Assembly: GCA_051599415.1 (NCBI GenBank)
Contig: AP039696.1
Coordinates: 310,001 to 374,000, forward strand
DNA: 64,000 bases
Source: Savitreella phatthalungensis
Lineage: Eukaryota
Direction of reading: 5' to 3'
Made by a program: the position numbers and the translations under genes. Below, piece after piece: positions 10,725-22,250 of this stretch. The notes under the pieces were generated by a model. The model saw only the letters and a program-made list of their open reading frames with translations, was not told the DNA's origin and did not search any database. How positions within the stretch are numbered: position 1 is the first letter of the stretch; the number at the start of each line of letters is the position of its first letter.

Positions 10725-12456
10725 TTATAGCTTTGCGGTGGTGCCGTACTGAAGCCGCAGGTCTTTGCGCAGTATCTTTCCACTCGCAGATTTTGGGCTA
10801 TCTGTCAGTACGATGCGCAGGAGTGATGCAGCTCACTTACATGATGTCCAAGAACACGAGACCGCCCTTGATGTGTTTAAAATTTGCCTTCTCCTTCTCC
10901 ACGTGGTTCAAGATGGACTGGCGTGTTTCGTCTGAGCGTGCATGGCCAGCGTGGAGCACGACGAATGCCTTCGGCAGCTCACCAGCACGCTCATCTGGCA
11001 CACCGATCACCGCGGCGTCAGCAACTGCAGGGTGGTCGAGAAGGGCAGCTTCAAGCTCTGCAGGTGCAACCTGTAGACCCTTGACCCTGTATGTGTCAGT
11101 AATGAACCCAGAACTACACCATTGCGCTTACTTGATAAGCTCCTTCAGCCTATCGACAATGAAGACATGCTCATAGCCCCTTGGAGATTTGCGCACGACA
11201 GCCTCATCGCCAGTACGTAGCCACCCGTCTATGTAGCACTCATCGGTCGCTGTCTGGTTCTTGAAATAGCCCAGTGTGACTGCAGGTGATTTCGCCCATA
11301 TTTCACCCGGCGTATCGTAATCTGTGACTTCTCTGCCCTCAGCATCAACAAGCTTGATGAGCACATCCGGGATAATCACACCAGCCGATCCGTCCCACTG
11401 ATCGGTATGGTGGATGATAGTTGTAGTCGTGCATGTCTCAGTCATGCCATAGCCTTGTCGGAAAATCGCGCCCGGTTTGATCATGTCTCGCATGTCCTGC
11501 ATGAGCTGAGGTGCGAGTGGCGCTGCTCCGCAGAACATCTCGTCCACATGCTGCAGGGGTGCGGTGTGCCTCTTTACGAGAGGATCTTTTGTCAATCGCA
11601 CTATGATTGGTGGCACGAGGCACATCTTCTGGATCCTGTACTTTGTGGCCGCGTCCAGGAAAGGCTCCAGATCGAACTTGGCCATCAAAGCAATCGTGTT
11701 TCCGATGTGCAGCTCCGTGTGCAAAATCACGATCAATCCGTAGATGTGGTAGAAGGGCAACAAGCCTAGCGATATTTTCCGTTCGTTCCCCTGCACTTGA
11801 TAAAATGTCGTGTTTTGAAGTGTATTCGCGATGACGTTGTAGTGGCTTATCATCACTCCCTTGGGCTTGCCTGTTGTGCCGCTTGAGAAGGAAAGAAATG
11901 CAAGTCGTCGACGACCTTCCCCGGTTGCGAGCGTCCAGCGTGGTAGTTCAGGCAGAGTCTTTCCGAGCTCATACATTTTTGCTATCGATAAACAACCAGT
12001 TTCCTCTCCATCAAGAAGAATGATGTGGATGCCCTTCGGCTCACATGCTGGCCTGGCGACGGGCAAAAGCTCTTTGCACGTGAACAGAGCTATTGCTCCG
12101 GTGATACCGAGCTGATATTGAACTTCTGGAGTTGTGTAGGCTGGGTTCATCCCGGAGACAGTGCCGCCCAGCAGGTGAGCAGCCCAAATTGCAGATGGCA
12201 CGTCCATAAGGTTGGGTGCGAAGAAGCCATACACTTGTACATCGCCAACGCTTTTGCCGAAAGAGTGTGCGAGTGCCCGGGCAAGTTCTCTGCTGCGCAG
12301 AATCACATCCTGCCAGGAGCGCTTTTCGCCAGTCTTTGTGTCGATGAGAGCAGTCTCACAACCCTGTGAGGACCGGTTGGCGAACATCCATTCAGCGACG
12401 GAGACATCATCCGGTATCGGACCTGCAGTCTTGACTATCTGAGCTGAGAACACCAT
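10725..12456 (-). CDS. 4-coumarate-CoA-ligase-like acyl-CoA synthetase (ANL family) with C-terminal PTS1 AKL, 547 aa (spliced)
   Basis: FSSGTTGKPKGV, QGYGMTE, WLRTGD, DRLKELIKVKGLQVAPAELE, PKSASGKILRK. Exons 12456-11132, 11086-10841, 10797-10725 give 1644 nt in frame. Confidence 0.92.
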
Positions 12457-12890
12457 AGCTGCTGCACGTATCGCGAGAGCAAAACCGGCCCCGGGGAGAG
12501 TGTGTCAGGTTGAAAGGCTTTTATGTCGCGCGCAAATATGGCAGAGTTTCAAATCCCGCGGCCGGAACACCATGTGGAGATTGCGGGGCTTTCCGGCTGT
12601 GGAGCCGTGATTGAATTTGGAACGGGAACCAAGGATTAGCAAATGTTCATGCCTCGTAGAAATGTTCGACTACGAGCCACTGTGATGTCGACGCCGCACG
12701 TGTTGGGGTTCACATCTAAGATTGTAATTATGATACGTTCTATCAGGAGGCCTCGAAGGACTTAGCGTACAATTTACGAGGGCAACACCGGCTGACACCG
12801 TTCAGCATATGCTCGCAACATAGTCTTCTGGCTCGCTGTATGGCAATGGAGCTCTGCCGACGGCTGCAACCAACAGTGATCCAGATAACT

Positions 12891-15113
12891 CTACGAACTT
12901 AATTTCGTTATGCCAGCATCTTTCAGCTGGTCTGCGAATTGTCCACGATTCCAGTCGCAACGACAGGCATGATCGAGATCTTGCAGGAATTCATTGAAGA
13001 GCTCGGTTTCTTCCTGCTCAAGGGCGTGCCGACGAAAGCTTTGTAACGCTTCGATAGCAACATCGATATCCCGATCTCCTGTGCCGAACTGGACAATGTC
13101 CTTAATCACTGGCTGAATCTGCATGAGAGCTCGGTCGACAAGGTTGTCGTCCGACATCATCTCCTCGAATTTTCGCACAGGATCGTTGTGACTGAGCTGA
13201 TGTTCGTCCATTTTGGCCTCCTCCGATGAACGTTTGGATTCCACGGCTTTTCCGTGATGTAGAAGGTCGTCCAGGTCAATATCAGCATCATCAGCCGCAG
13301 GTTCATCTTCTGCATCACGCCGCCTTTTCCGGATCAGCTTTGCTGGGACGCGTTTGATGACAGCTGTATCAGTCAGAGCTCCCACGGCCTTCATTGTGGT
13401 TGCCTTCTTCATGACTGACGGCAGCGGGCGCGAATGGGTCAGTAAAACCGCCGCGGCGGCAGCATCTGCAACTTCCGCCAGTCCGAGTGCACGTCGCGTA
13501 ATTGCATGGTTAATGCTGTGCACTCCGTGGCTGAAGGAGTCCCCCAGTGGGAGCAAGTCTTCCGTGCCATCTGTCGTAGATTTGTCGAGCGATACTGCTT
13601 CAACATAAGCGTCCATAGCATCCGACAACGCAGACGAGGGCAAGTAGCGATGCGACTCGGTAATATCACCCCGCACAGTTCTTATACGATCAAGAGGCGC
13701 GAAGCGGTAATTTCGGACATCGTCGGCGAAGGGCAGCTGGACCATGTACAGAGCAACCTTCCCTGGTTCGATCGCCGGCGATAATAGCATCAGCTGTGGT
13801 GGCGCGTCGCCTTTCTTGACATAGCGCATGACTGCAACATAGTCAACATCATATAGCGCCATTGCCAGGGCTGTGTGTGCCAAACGCGCCACTGCGTTGT
13901 TCCTTTTTGGAGCAACTTCATATGACTCACTCATGCTGAAGTAGCGACGATAGTCCTGTGCCTCGAAGCAGCCGAGTAGCTCGAGACAAGGTTCGGTGGC
14001 AAATCGGAGGAAAGCAGCGTCCGCCTCGCTCACTGGCACGACGGTGCGACCGTAAGTGAAGCCACGCTCAAGCTGTCCTCGGTCATCCACTTCTCTGCCT
14101 GAGTCGGTACGGTAACTTCTTGCCAGGTTCACGGGTCGACTATTCTTTGGCCGATCGGTCGGAGCGTCTGCAGTGTCGATGAAGTCGCTGGAATTGATCA
14201 GCGTCGAAACTTTCGTTGCAGACGGCGGCTTGGCGAGTTTCGTTTTAGCGTAGACCTCCACGTCAATCGCAATGGCTTTTTCTCCCATTCCAACAGTCAA
14301 CGGACCCCGATACAGCGGAACAGGCCTGACTGGTTTTATTCGCGGTACATGCATGGATTTTGCTGCTTCCGCGAACGTCGCAAAGATGCCCGAGGTATCA
14401 TCCACGAGCTGCTTCAGCGCTGTTTCGGTCGCCAGTCTGTCCTTCGAGCCATCTCCCTCTCCAGCGTCACATGAAGGATCAGCAAAGCCGATACCGAGCA
14501 CGAGAAGCTGTATGCCGAGCTCCAATACGCGTGCTGCAATCTGCGTCCCGATCGTGAAGTCCGAACCCGTCTCGCCGGAGGTGATAACAACGAGATCTTT
14601 CCTGAATTTGTAGCTCTTGCAGAACTTACTGATAAGCTGAATACCAACGATAATGGCTGACATAACTGATTCAATCTTAGTCATTGTCCATTGCGGAACA
14701 TAGGAGACGCTTACGATCTCCAGCAGATGTTTGAGCTACATAGAGCTCTGTCAAAATGTATTCGAATTTGGTTCGATCGAAGCTTGCGGTTAGTATCTTC
14801 TCACAGAATCGCTCAACGGAACCCACGTATAACTTGTCCTCGCATCCTTATCGTCTGGATCTGGGAAGCCTATGATGACCCTGATGTTGTTGTAATCATC
14901 GTCACCGATCATCTCATTGTCCGTGATGTCTGAGCCGACAGCAACGACTGCAACGAAGTCTGTCTTACGTGCGGCCATCACCTTGCGACCAAGCGCAACT
15001 CCAAGATACTCGCGGACCCAATCGAGCCAGTTGCCGACTGGTCGACTTGGTATCGGCTGCGCCATGTAGGCCGACGTGTCGACCACGAAGACAGTGCATG
15101 ACTTGTCGGCCAT
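12891..15113 (-). CDS. KU80: Ku80 (vWA, beta-barrel, C-terminal domain), about 709 aa (spliced)
   Basis: MADKSCTVFVVD vWA start, LERGFTYGRTVVPVS, QLPFADDVRNYRF. Exons 15113-14827, 14782-14715, 14665-12891 (introns GTGGGT..CTAAC..CAAG and GTAAGC..CAG) keep frame and give SAGDLMSAIIV. Confidence 0.9.
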
Positions 15114-16700
15114 GTTGCAGATCCAGACTAGAGGTCACTCAGCAGTACATCTGCGATACGAGCCACCCAGATCAACAAGCAAGAGGAGCTTTCAAGATGC
15201 GCGGACGGTATGAAGAAGCTCGTTACTGTAACGATATGCAGTGTGCTACGAATTAGATAATGCTGCTGGACAGCTATAAGGCGCGTCGCGCACCTTTTCC
15301 GTGAGTGCATTTGCGCGTGGAGCCGGACAAATTGGACAACCTGGGCAACCCCACGTAGCGCACACAGCATGTGCATGTATCGAGTGGCATTCAGAACCCC
15401 TCAGACATGGATATTTACGGGCATTAAGCATTCCGTCACATGCACTGCTCCTGCTCCGGCGGAAGCAGACGACAAAGATGTCGATTGAGGCCTCGAGAGA
15501 TGTCTAGGCATCGCTTGCAACCCATTAAAAAAAAAGGACAAAAGATTTCGCAGCAGACATTCTGCTGGAGCGATCATATGTCTCGGCTCATGAGCTGGTG
15601 AAAGGGGGTTTTAGCCTTCGAATTTGGCCGGTCTGGTGCAGTGCTGTAAGGTGCAGGATCATTCGACTTGGCATGGTTCCTTGTGACCGATGAACGAGAT
15701 GCTCTCAAGGTGCAATTATGTTTGAGTCTCCGATTAGCTGAAGTTGACCGGAGGTGCGATCGATGTTTGCTGGACTGCAACGAGCCTAGCAACCTTATTG
15801 TTCACGAAGATCAATACTGAAATCAGGAACTCTTCCTTGATTACCGTGGATGAACCGCGACGACCTCGCTTGATTGGACATTATCCCAACGGAGGTTAGG
15901 AGACGGTGCTGCTTCGCTATACAGCTAGAAGTTTACGTTATTCGCTTAGCCAGCCGGAAATGGCTATTCACTGGTCAGGCGTGCCAGCACCAATGTCATC
16001 ATCCATTCCGATCATTCATGGCCGTGGCAACTTAGCCAACGAGCTTCAGTTCGAGCTTGCGTTCTCTTGAACAAGCTCAGTGGAGATGAAGGACTGATTT
16101 GGGCTTCTCTGCATTCAGACGCCCGACGCTTGCCTCTCATTTTCAGGGTCGATGCACTGGCAGCCTTGCCTCTACTCCGCTGCCCCACCTACGAAAGCCG
16201 TATTTGAGTGAGGCCAAACTAAACTCGGTTCTTCATAGGTAGAAAATCAGTTCAAACGAGGTCAGATAGATCAGCAAAATCTGACGATGATATAAATTTT
16301 TTAAATCTACGGTTGCAGCACATGTCTTGTTGATACAGTGCAATGCTGTGCCAGAATTCGCCGCAAGCGTGACCCGCACCATAACAACAATACCCGACAG
16401 ACTTTACAGCAGACCAACATCTCCTTGTGACCCGTACTGTCAGACGCAAGTCAACGAACTGCGTCGTCATCGCAGCGCGTCCAGATACCTGGACAGCCGC
16501 TGGGCACGTCGTTCGTCAAACTTTATCTTGACTGCTTGAAAATCAGACCGAGTGCAGCGCTTCTTGAGAAGGTCGCTGCAGACGAATTGGTACTCGTCTT
16601 CGTAGTCGACAACAAAAGACGTAAGGCCGATTCACATGCAGCCTCGATAAATCAATATAGCTTCAATAGTCAGCAGAGCACTGCGACGGCCTAAATTGGA

Positions 16701-18248
16701 ATGCTGCGACAAAGTGGGCATCCCGGTAGGGGTACGCGCAAGACAGCTGATGACGTGCACTCCGCGATGAGGCGCACTCATTCCGGCGTTCTTGCGCCCG
16801 GCGAAACGAGTGGCGATAGTCCTCTGATAGCACTATCCGCTGATTGTTTCTACGGTCTTGAAGAGGATGACGATGGCATGGCTAGCGGACACGACTCTCG
16901 TTTTCAGGATTTAGAGAACCCGCCTAAGCCTCCACGCCTGGTGCGTTTCCTTCGCTGTCGCTGCATTTTGCCAGGAGTGCCATTACGCAAGACAAGTCGC
17001 GTCATCGTCATGCTTAAATGCCTCAGGTCGACCAAAGGTGCAAACAATAGAACGAGCGGACAGGCTACACAAGAGACAATTTGGTCACGATTCTCGCGTG
17101 TCTGGCCCGTGGAGGATGCAGATGATGCAGTCATGCTCGACGCCGATAGTACAGAGCCAGTCAACGCACTCGTGCCGTATGATCACACTGATTCACTCGA
17201 CTTCACCCTATCCATTCCTCATGATCTTCCGCAATCGATCGACGCGGCCTGTGGTAACATCACGTATACAATACAGGTCCATGCCAATCTGCGTCGCTCC
17301 GTCCGCGATCTCAGTGAAGCAATTTTGCGCAGCCAAGAGCTCCCCATCGATATACCGCCGCCAGAGTCAGCCTTCACGCCTAGCCGTCTGCCAAAGCGGA
17401 TTACCACTGGCGGCATAGGTCAAGCGCTCGATCACTTCGGCATTCTCATCACCCCGGATATTTCTTTGCACGTATCAGTCCCTCGCGAGATCAACTACAG
17501 TCGATACCTCAACTCTGTCTTCAAAATCCACATCAAATTGATGCCGCATCCTCCGGAAGCTAAGCTGCCGGGAATCCGGAAGTTGATGTGGACACTCATA
17601 CAGACTACGAATTTTACGTCGGCACAAAGGCAGACTTCGATCCAGGATTCATCGCAGAGTGGCTCTGGCAAGCGTAGTCAGACAAATATTGCGCTTGTTT
17701 CTGGGGATGTGCAGCTCGCGAGCTCATCTGGTCTCGCCGGCGACGACGCGAATGGCATGGGCGCGCGGAAGGATCAGTACCTATACATCGCTTTACCTGA
17801 GAACTCGCCTGACCTGTTGCCAGAGTACGAGGACAATCGATTCATCGAAATCCTGCACACGCTTGAGATCGATCTCTATCCGCTGAGTACACCTTCGGTC
17901 GCGGTGGGCCAGGGTGACGAGAAGGGTGGGAACGCTTTGCAGCGCAAGGAAGGTGTATTTGGTAAACTGTTGAACAGCATCTCGAAGCGTCGACCTGGCA
18001 TGAAGGGAATGTCTGGGCCGGGCGCAGCCACAGCGAGACAATCCGGAGGCACGTTCGGCCGCAAAATCGTTTACAAGGCCAGCATACCAATTCGTATCAC
18101 GATCGATGCAAACGAGATCGGGCGTCGACCACAGTCACATGCCTCATCCCAAGCTGTGATGAATAGCTCTGAGACGCATACGTCATCCTTGCATGGCCCG
18201 TCAGGCCGTAATATCACCCGCCAGCCCCTGGCGATCGAAGCACGCTGA
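16701..18248 (+). CDS. Divergent arrestin-fold protein (alpha-arrestin-like), 515 aa
   Basis: LDFTLSIPHDLPQSIDAACGNITYTIQV resembles the Arrestin_N F.f.iP..LP.S....G.I.Y signature; LPEY..FIEILHTLEI resembles the Arrestin_C end. Start uncertain. Confidence 0.6.
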   Translation: MLRQSGHPGRGTRKTADDVHSAMRRTHSGVLAPGETSGDSPLIALSADCFYGLEEDDDGMASGHDSRFQDLENPPKPPRLVRFLRCRCILPGVPLRKTSRVIVMLKCLRSTKGANNRTSGQATQETIWSRFSRVWPVEDADDAVMLDADSTEPVNALVPYDHTDSLDFTLSIPHDLPQSIDAACGNITYTIQVHANLRRSVRDLSEAILRSQELPIDIPPPESAFTPSRLPKRITTGGIGQALDHFGILITPDISLHVSVPREINYSRYLNSVFKIHIKLMPHPPEAKLPGIRKLMWTLIQTTNFTSAQRQTSIQDSSQSGSGKRSQTNIALVSGDVQLASSSGLAGDDANGMGARKDQYLYIALPENSPDLLPEYEDNRFIEILHTLEIDLYPLSTPSVAVGQGDEKGGNALQRKEGVFGKLLNSISKRRPGMKGMSGPGAATARQSGGTFGRKIVYKASIPIRITIDANEIGRRPQSHASSQAVMNSSETHTSSLHGPSGRNITRQPLAIEAR

Positions 18249-18394
18249 TACCGTGGTTCGGGACATGCATGGTCACAGTCCATAACACAATAGTCGACCA
18301 TAGAGGACAACCTAATTCATTCAGAAATCTTGGAACGACGAAACCTTTGGTGAAGAGCTCGACTGCGCATACGCAACCGCGACATCGACCTCAT

Positions 18395-20686
18395 TCACGC
18401 ATTTTTGTCCTCGCCGCGCTCGCTGTGCTCGCTCAAGGATGTATGCGATGAAGGACGAGAGGAGTGCGCATCGTGTACGCCGCCACTGCGATGCACAGAT
18501 TCTGACGTCAAAGTAGCCGTGTTGTTGATCTCACCTGCAGCTTCCGTAGCGCTCGCTTCGCCCAAGCGGTCGAGCGTGCTGATGCAGTGTGCCGTGATGC
18601 GAGCGACGATGTTCGAAATTTCGGTCGATTGGTCTCGGAAGGCCTTGCCCACCGTGTCGTGCGCCAGAGGAATCAAGTCTGAGGTATTTTTGGTACGGGA
18701 CACGGGACGTGCGGGCTGCCTGTTGACGACGGGACCCAATGGCGGCAACGCTCTCTTCGAAAGGACCTTTGCGACTTGGCTAGGCTGCTCAGTAATGAGG
18801 TGGCGCAACTCCTGAAGAACCGACTCCACCTCGGCGCGCTGCCGCTGCAGAAGCGAATTCTCAGCTTCTGCGTGACGAATGCGTTCTCCGAGATGGAGTT
18901 TCTCTCGTGCATATTCCTCCACGAGGGCGATTTGCGCGCGTCTCGCGTCGTCGCGCTGGACGACAGCCTCATCCAATTTGTCCTTTGTCTGCCTCAGAGC
19001 AGCCATGCTGTCACGTAGTTGAAGCGCCAGACGATGATTCTCCTGCTTCAACTGCTCTGTCTGACCTTTGAGAATCAGGCTTTGGCTGTTGAGCTCAGCT
19101 GCAAGTCGCTCGAACTTTTCGAATTGCTTCTTGCAGCTATCGAGCTCGCTCACCATGAACTGCTCGCGCTTCTGCGCCGTTGCGCTTTCCTGAGCGCGTC
19201 GAATCTCGAGCTGGCAGTATGCTTCCCATGCGACATTAGCGTCCAGCTCCTGTCGACAAGTCTCTTGATGAAGCTGCGTCAATGTACCACTGGTCACAGA
19301 GATGACATCTGGCCTTTTGACAATACCGCTGGTGATGGCCTTCAGTCCGTGGTTGTGAGTGACTTTTGAAGACACATGTGTGAGGAGTGTAAGCATGGCA
19401 TCTTCGTCCCACCAGCTGGGATCAAAGATCGTCTCGATGTTGCCGCGAAGAGCAATGACCTGGCCTTCCGGAGTCAATTGATTGTGAGGGTATGATTCCT
19501 GTAAATGCCTGGGAACACCATAGATAATCACATCCCGGAGCAAGTCAGCTAGCTTTGCTTTGAACTTACGTCGGGACGACTCGCGTGCTAGGGCTCGAAG
19601 AGGCGTCGCACAGGTCACTTTGCCGTTGTCGAGGTCGACAACTGCCACGTTCCGATCGACCTGACACAATTGGCCACAGGCTGCATCGATGCCAATAATG
19701 TAAGGTCCAGCCTGTCGAGTCAATTTACCGACGACAGAGTGGTGGGCCACCGGCACGAAGAGACCTCCCCACGGAAGGTTTTGGCAACAGAATCGCAACG
19801 CCTCGGCAGCAACGTTGAGCATGGCCAGGTGACGAGAAATGAGAAGAACTCGTCCTTCCGGCGCGAATGCGGTTTCGAGCATGAGCGCGAGCTCAGGAGC
19901 TGCTAGACAACTGAATAGTGGCCACGCGTCGAAGTTCTTGAACTCCGAAGCGCGCGGTGGAAATTGATAGCAAAGTGCATAATCACGCATGTCGATGCGC
20001 AAGCAATCGCGCAAACGTGGCGCCGGGAACGACAAGATGCGTGAAATCTCTTCGGCGTGAAAGACATTCGTCGTCTTGCTCCAGTGAATCCACATGGCAC
20101 GGATGTAGCTCCCGAGCAACGCATACAATGGATAGTGAGAAAGGAAGCACAAGGCGTATGGAATCCAGACAGTCGTGTCATTGATCGATGCTGTCGTTTG
20201 CTCGTCGGACTGATGATCTGACGCAAAGTGCTCTCGTATGACGATACTTCTGTCATCGTCAGCTCGAGACCAGACGCGCAGAACCACGCCATAGATTGTC
20301 GATTGCTGTTCCTGTAGGACGAAGGAGTGATTGATGCAGCGCGGCTGCTCGTTAGACACTGTCAGCTCAACGTCGGTGGGGAATGATGCGAGAGAGGCTG
20401 CGTGCAGAGTCTTGGCTAGTTGAGCCTCCGAGATGGCAGTTGGCGTTCGCGGCGAGAAACCGAGCACTTCCGGACGGAAACGAATGTGGATGTCAATCAA
20501 AGGTGAGTCTGGTAAAGCGCTTCTCTGCCAGACGGCAGGATCCTTTGACAGACCAAAAACGCTGTACGCCAAGCAGAGGCTCTTTTGCGGGATGATGGGG
20601 AGCTTGACTGGCTCGACTCGAATGTCAAAGGACGTCTCATGAGCAGAGCGAGGCATCGGAGACGCCTGAGCCGGCGTGTCAGACAT
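18395..20686 (-). CDS. DENN (uDENN/DENN) domain protein with C-terminal coiled coil, putative Rab GEF
   Basis: HSFVLQ..IYGVVLRVW, WIPYALCFLSHYPLYALL, WPLFSCL, EGRVLLISRHLAML, PWGGLFVPV, PYIIGI, VAVVDLD; long heptad region. True start may lie upstream. Confidence 0.85.
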   Translation of the reverse strand: MSDTPAQASPMPRSAHETSFDIRVEPVKLPIIPQKSLCLAYSVFGLSKDPAVWQRSALPDSPLIDIHIRFRPEVLGFSPRTPTAISEAQLAKTLHAASLASFPTDVELTVSNEQPRCINHSFVLQEQQSTIYGVVLRVWSRADDDRSIVIREHFASDHQSDEQTTASINDTTVWIPYALCFLSHYPLYALLGSYIRAMWIHWSKTTNVFHAEEISRILSFPAPRLRDCLRIDMRDYALCYQFPPRASEFKNFDAWPLFSCLAAPELALMLETAFAPEGRVLLISRHLAMLNVAAEALRFCCQNLPWGGLFVPVAHHSVVGKLTRQAGPYIIGIDAACGQLCQVDRNVAVVDLDNGKVTCATPLRALARESSRRKFKAKLADLLRDVIIYGVPRHLQESYPHNQLTPEGQVIALRGNIETIFDPSWWDEDAMLTLLTHVSSKVTHNHGLKAITSGIVKRPDVISVTSGTLTQLHQETCRQELDANVAWEAYCQLEIRRAQESATAQKREQFMVSELDSCKKQFEKFERLAAELNSQSLILKGQTEQLKQENHRLALQLRDSMAALRQTKDKLDEAVVQRDDARRAQIALVEEYAREKLHLGERIRHAEAENSLLQRQRAEVESVLQELRHLITEQPSQVAKVLSKRALPPLGPVVNRQPARPVSRTKNTSDLIPLAHDTVGKAFRDQSTEISNIVARITAHCISTLDRLGEASATEAAGEINNTATLTSESVHRSGGVHDAHSSRPSSHTSLSEHSERGEDKNA

Positions 20687-21382
20687 AACAGGCTTCGGAC
20701 AAAGGGTTCGAGGCCTGATATGGTTACTACCGTTTTGCAATGGATTCTGCGACCGCGGCGATTTATGAGTTTGCTAAGTCACCCAGTGACATCGCTGTGT
20801 ATGTTTGAAACTGGTCGATCGAAGCCGCCAAACTGCCTGATTACATTCGTGTGTGTTTGTGATGAATGTGACCAGTGTTGACCTGGCTCGTGCTTCTTCC
20901 TGCCTTGGTCTGTATTTGAATAGCGTGTCGGTGGATGCCTTTCTCCGTGAGCGTGGTTGCATATGCGCGTGGAAGCTCGCTTAGTCGGCTTCGTGCGCGG
21001 CACGCAATAAAGAGTATAATACTTCGAGCCGCTGAAGCGCTGCGAGCTTTACGTCGGAGACACCGTGAGATTGCGGTCCAGGTGGCTAGATACAATCCAG
21101 GTTTGAGATTGATTGCTATGGCCGCCCTGCACGGCGAAACTCCGGACTTGAATTCAGCCGGCTGTGCTTGAGCTTGCGTTTGACCCTCTCGACGTATCGG
21201 CTCGACCTGTCCTTGTCGATGCCTGGCCAAGACGACGAGGTCTGATGTCTATATTACCTTTACTGTTTGCCTTTCCGCGTGATCAGCGTGTCTCTCTCGT
21301 TGACATGGTCCTAGGTGGAGCGCTGAACAAACAATGATTGATCATTCCAACGACAGTGGTTTCGATCGGCCCGACCGCCGAC

Positions 21383-21766
21383 TCAGTTGGCTTTACCCGA
21401 GACAGAGATCGCGCTGTTCTCGGTACTATCGGTCTGAGACGCTACGCCATGCTTCACTTTCCCCAACCAGCCGGCGTAGATGTGCGTCTCGAGCAATTGA
21501 ACAAAACCTGGGTCCCGTAAATTGCGTCTGAACTGCTCCTGTTGCAACATGTCGAGACAAAGTAAACCCGCAGGGTAGACGATGAATCGAGCGTATTCTG
21601 GCTCTCTCCAGTAGAGAAGGTATTCGAGATAGCTGATCATCCGCACATCATCGAAACAACCGGTTTGGGCAAGCCAGCCAAGGTACTGGGGATTAGCGAG
21701 GCAAGAGAGGAATTCAAGCTCCACATCGAACCTAGTGTCGTCTGCGGATGAAGGTTCTGTAGCCAT
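21383..21766 (-). CDS. SOH1: Mediator subunit 31 (Soh1/Med31)
   Basis: RFDVELEFLSCLANPQYLGWLA..YLEYLLYWREPEYARFIVYP. Confidence 0.96.
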   Translation of the reverse strand: MATEPSSADDTRFDVELEFLSCLANPQYLGWLAQTGCFDDVRMISYLEYLLYWREPEYARFIVYPAGLLCLDMLQQEQFRRNLRDPGFVQLLETHIYAGWLGKVKHGVASQTDSTENSAISVSGKAN

Positions 21767-22250
21767 ACGGATAGATTCCGCTTAGATCGGCGCTCCGATT
21801 GATCTAAACGGTCGTTTGCGCAATGTTGAGACTAGAAGTTTAAGATTCGAAGCGCGAGACTTGCTCGTGAAAAATCTGGTCTGATACTGGTCGACTTTAC
21901 GGCGCCGGCTGACTGCCTGTCGTCCCTTCAGTGACCCTCCATCGAATCTTGGTAGATCCTGTATCACCAGTCTTATTGCATCTATCCTTTAATCGACCTG
22001 CTAGCTGCCTTTCTTGTACGAGCCGTTGCCAGGAATTGTAGGCCGCACGGCTATACTATCGCAAATATCCAGCATAGACAAGATTCGCAGGCAAGCGCTT
22101 TGCACCCGGAGACGGAGAATTAATGGAGAAGATGCAATGACGCAAGAATTATACCACATTGAGCGCATTCCAAGACGCGACTTGCGGCCTTCATCAACAC
22201 CTCAATTGCCGGCTGCGATAAGCGCTACAAACTTTGGGAAGTCGCAATAT

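Noticed and set aside
20741..21330. Possible upstream exons of the DENN gene or separate small ORFs
   Set aside because: Could not build a frame-preserving splice model with good donor, branch and acceptor signals.
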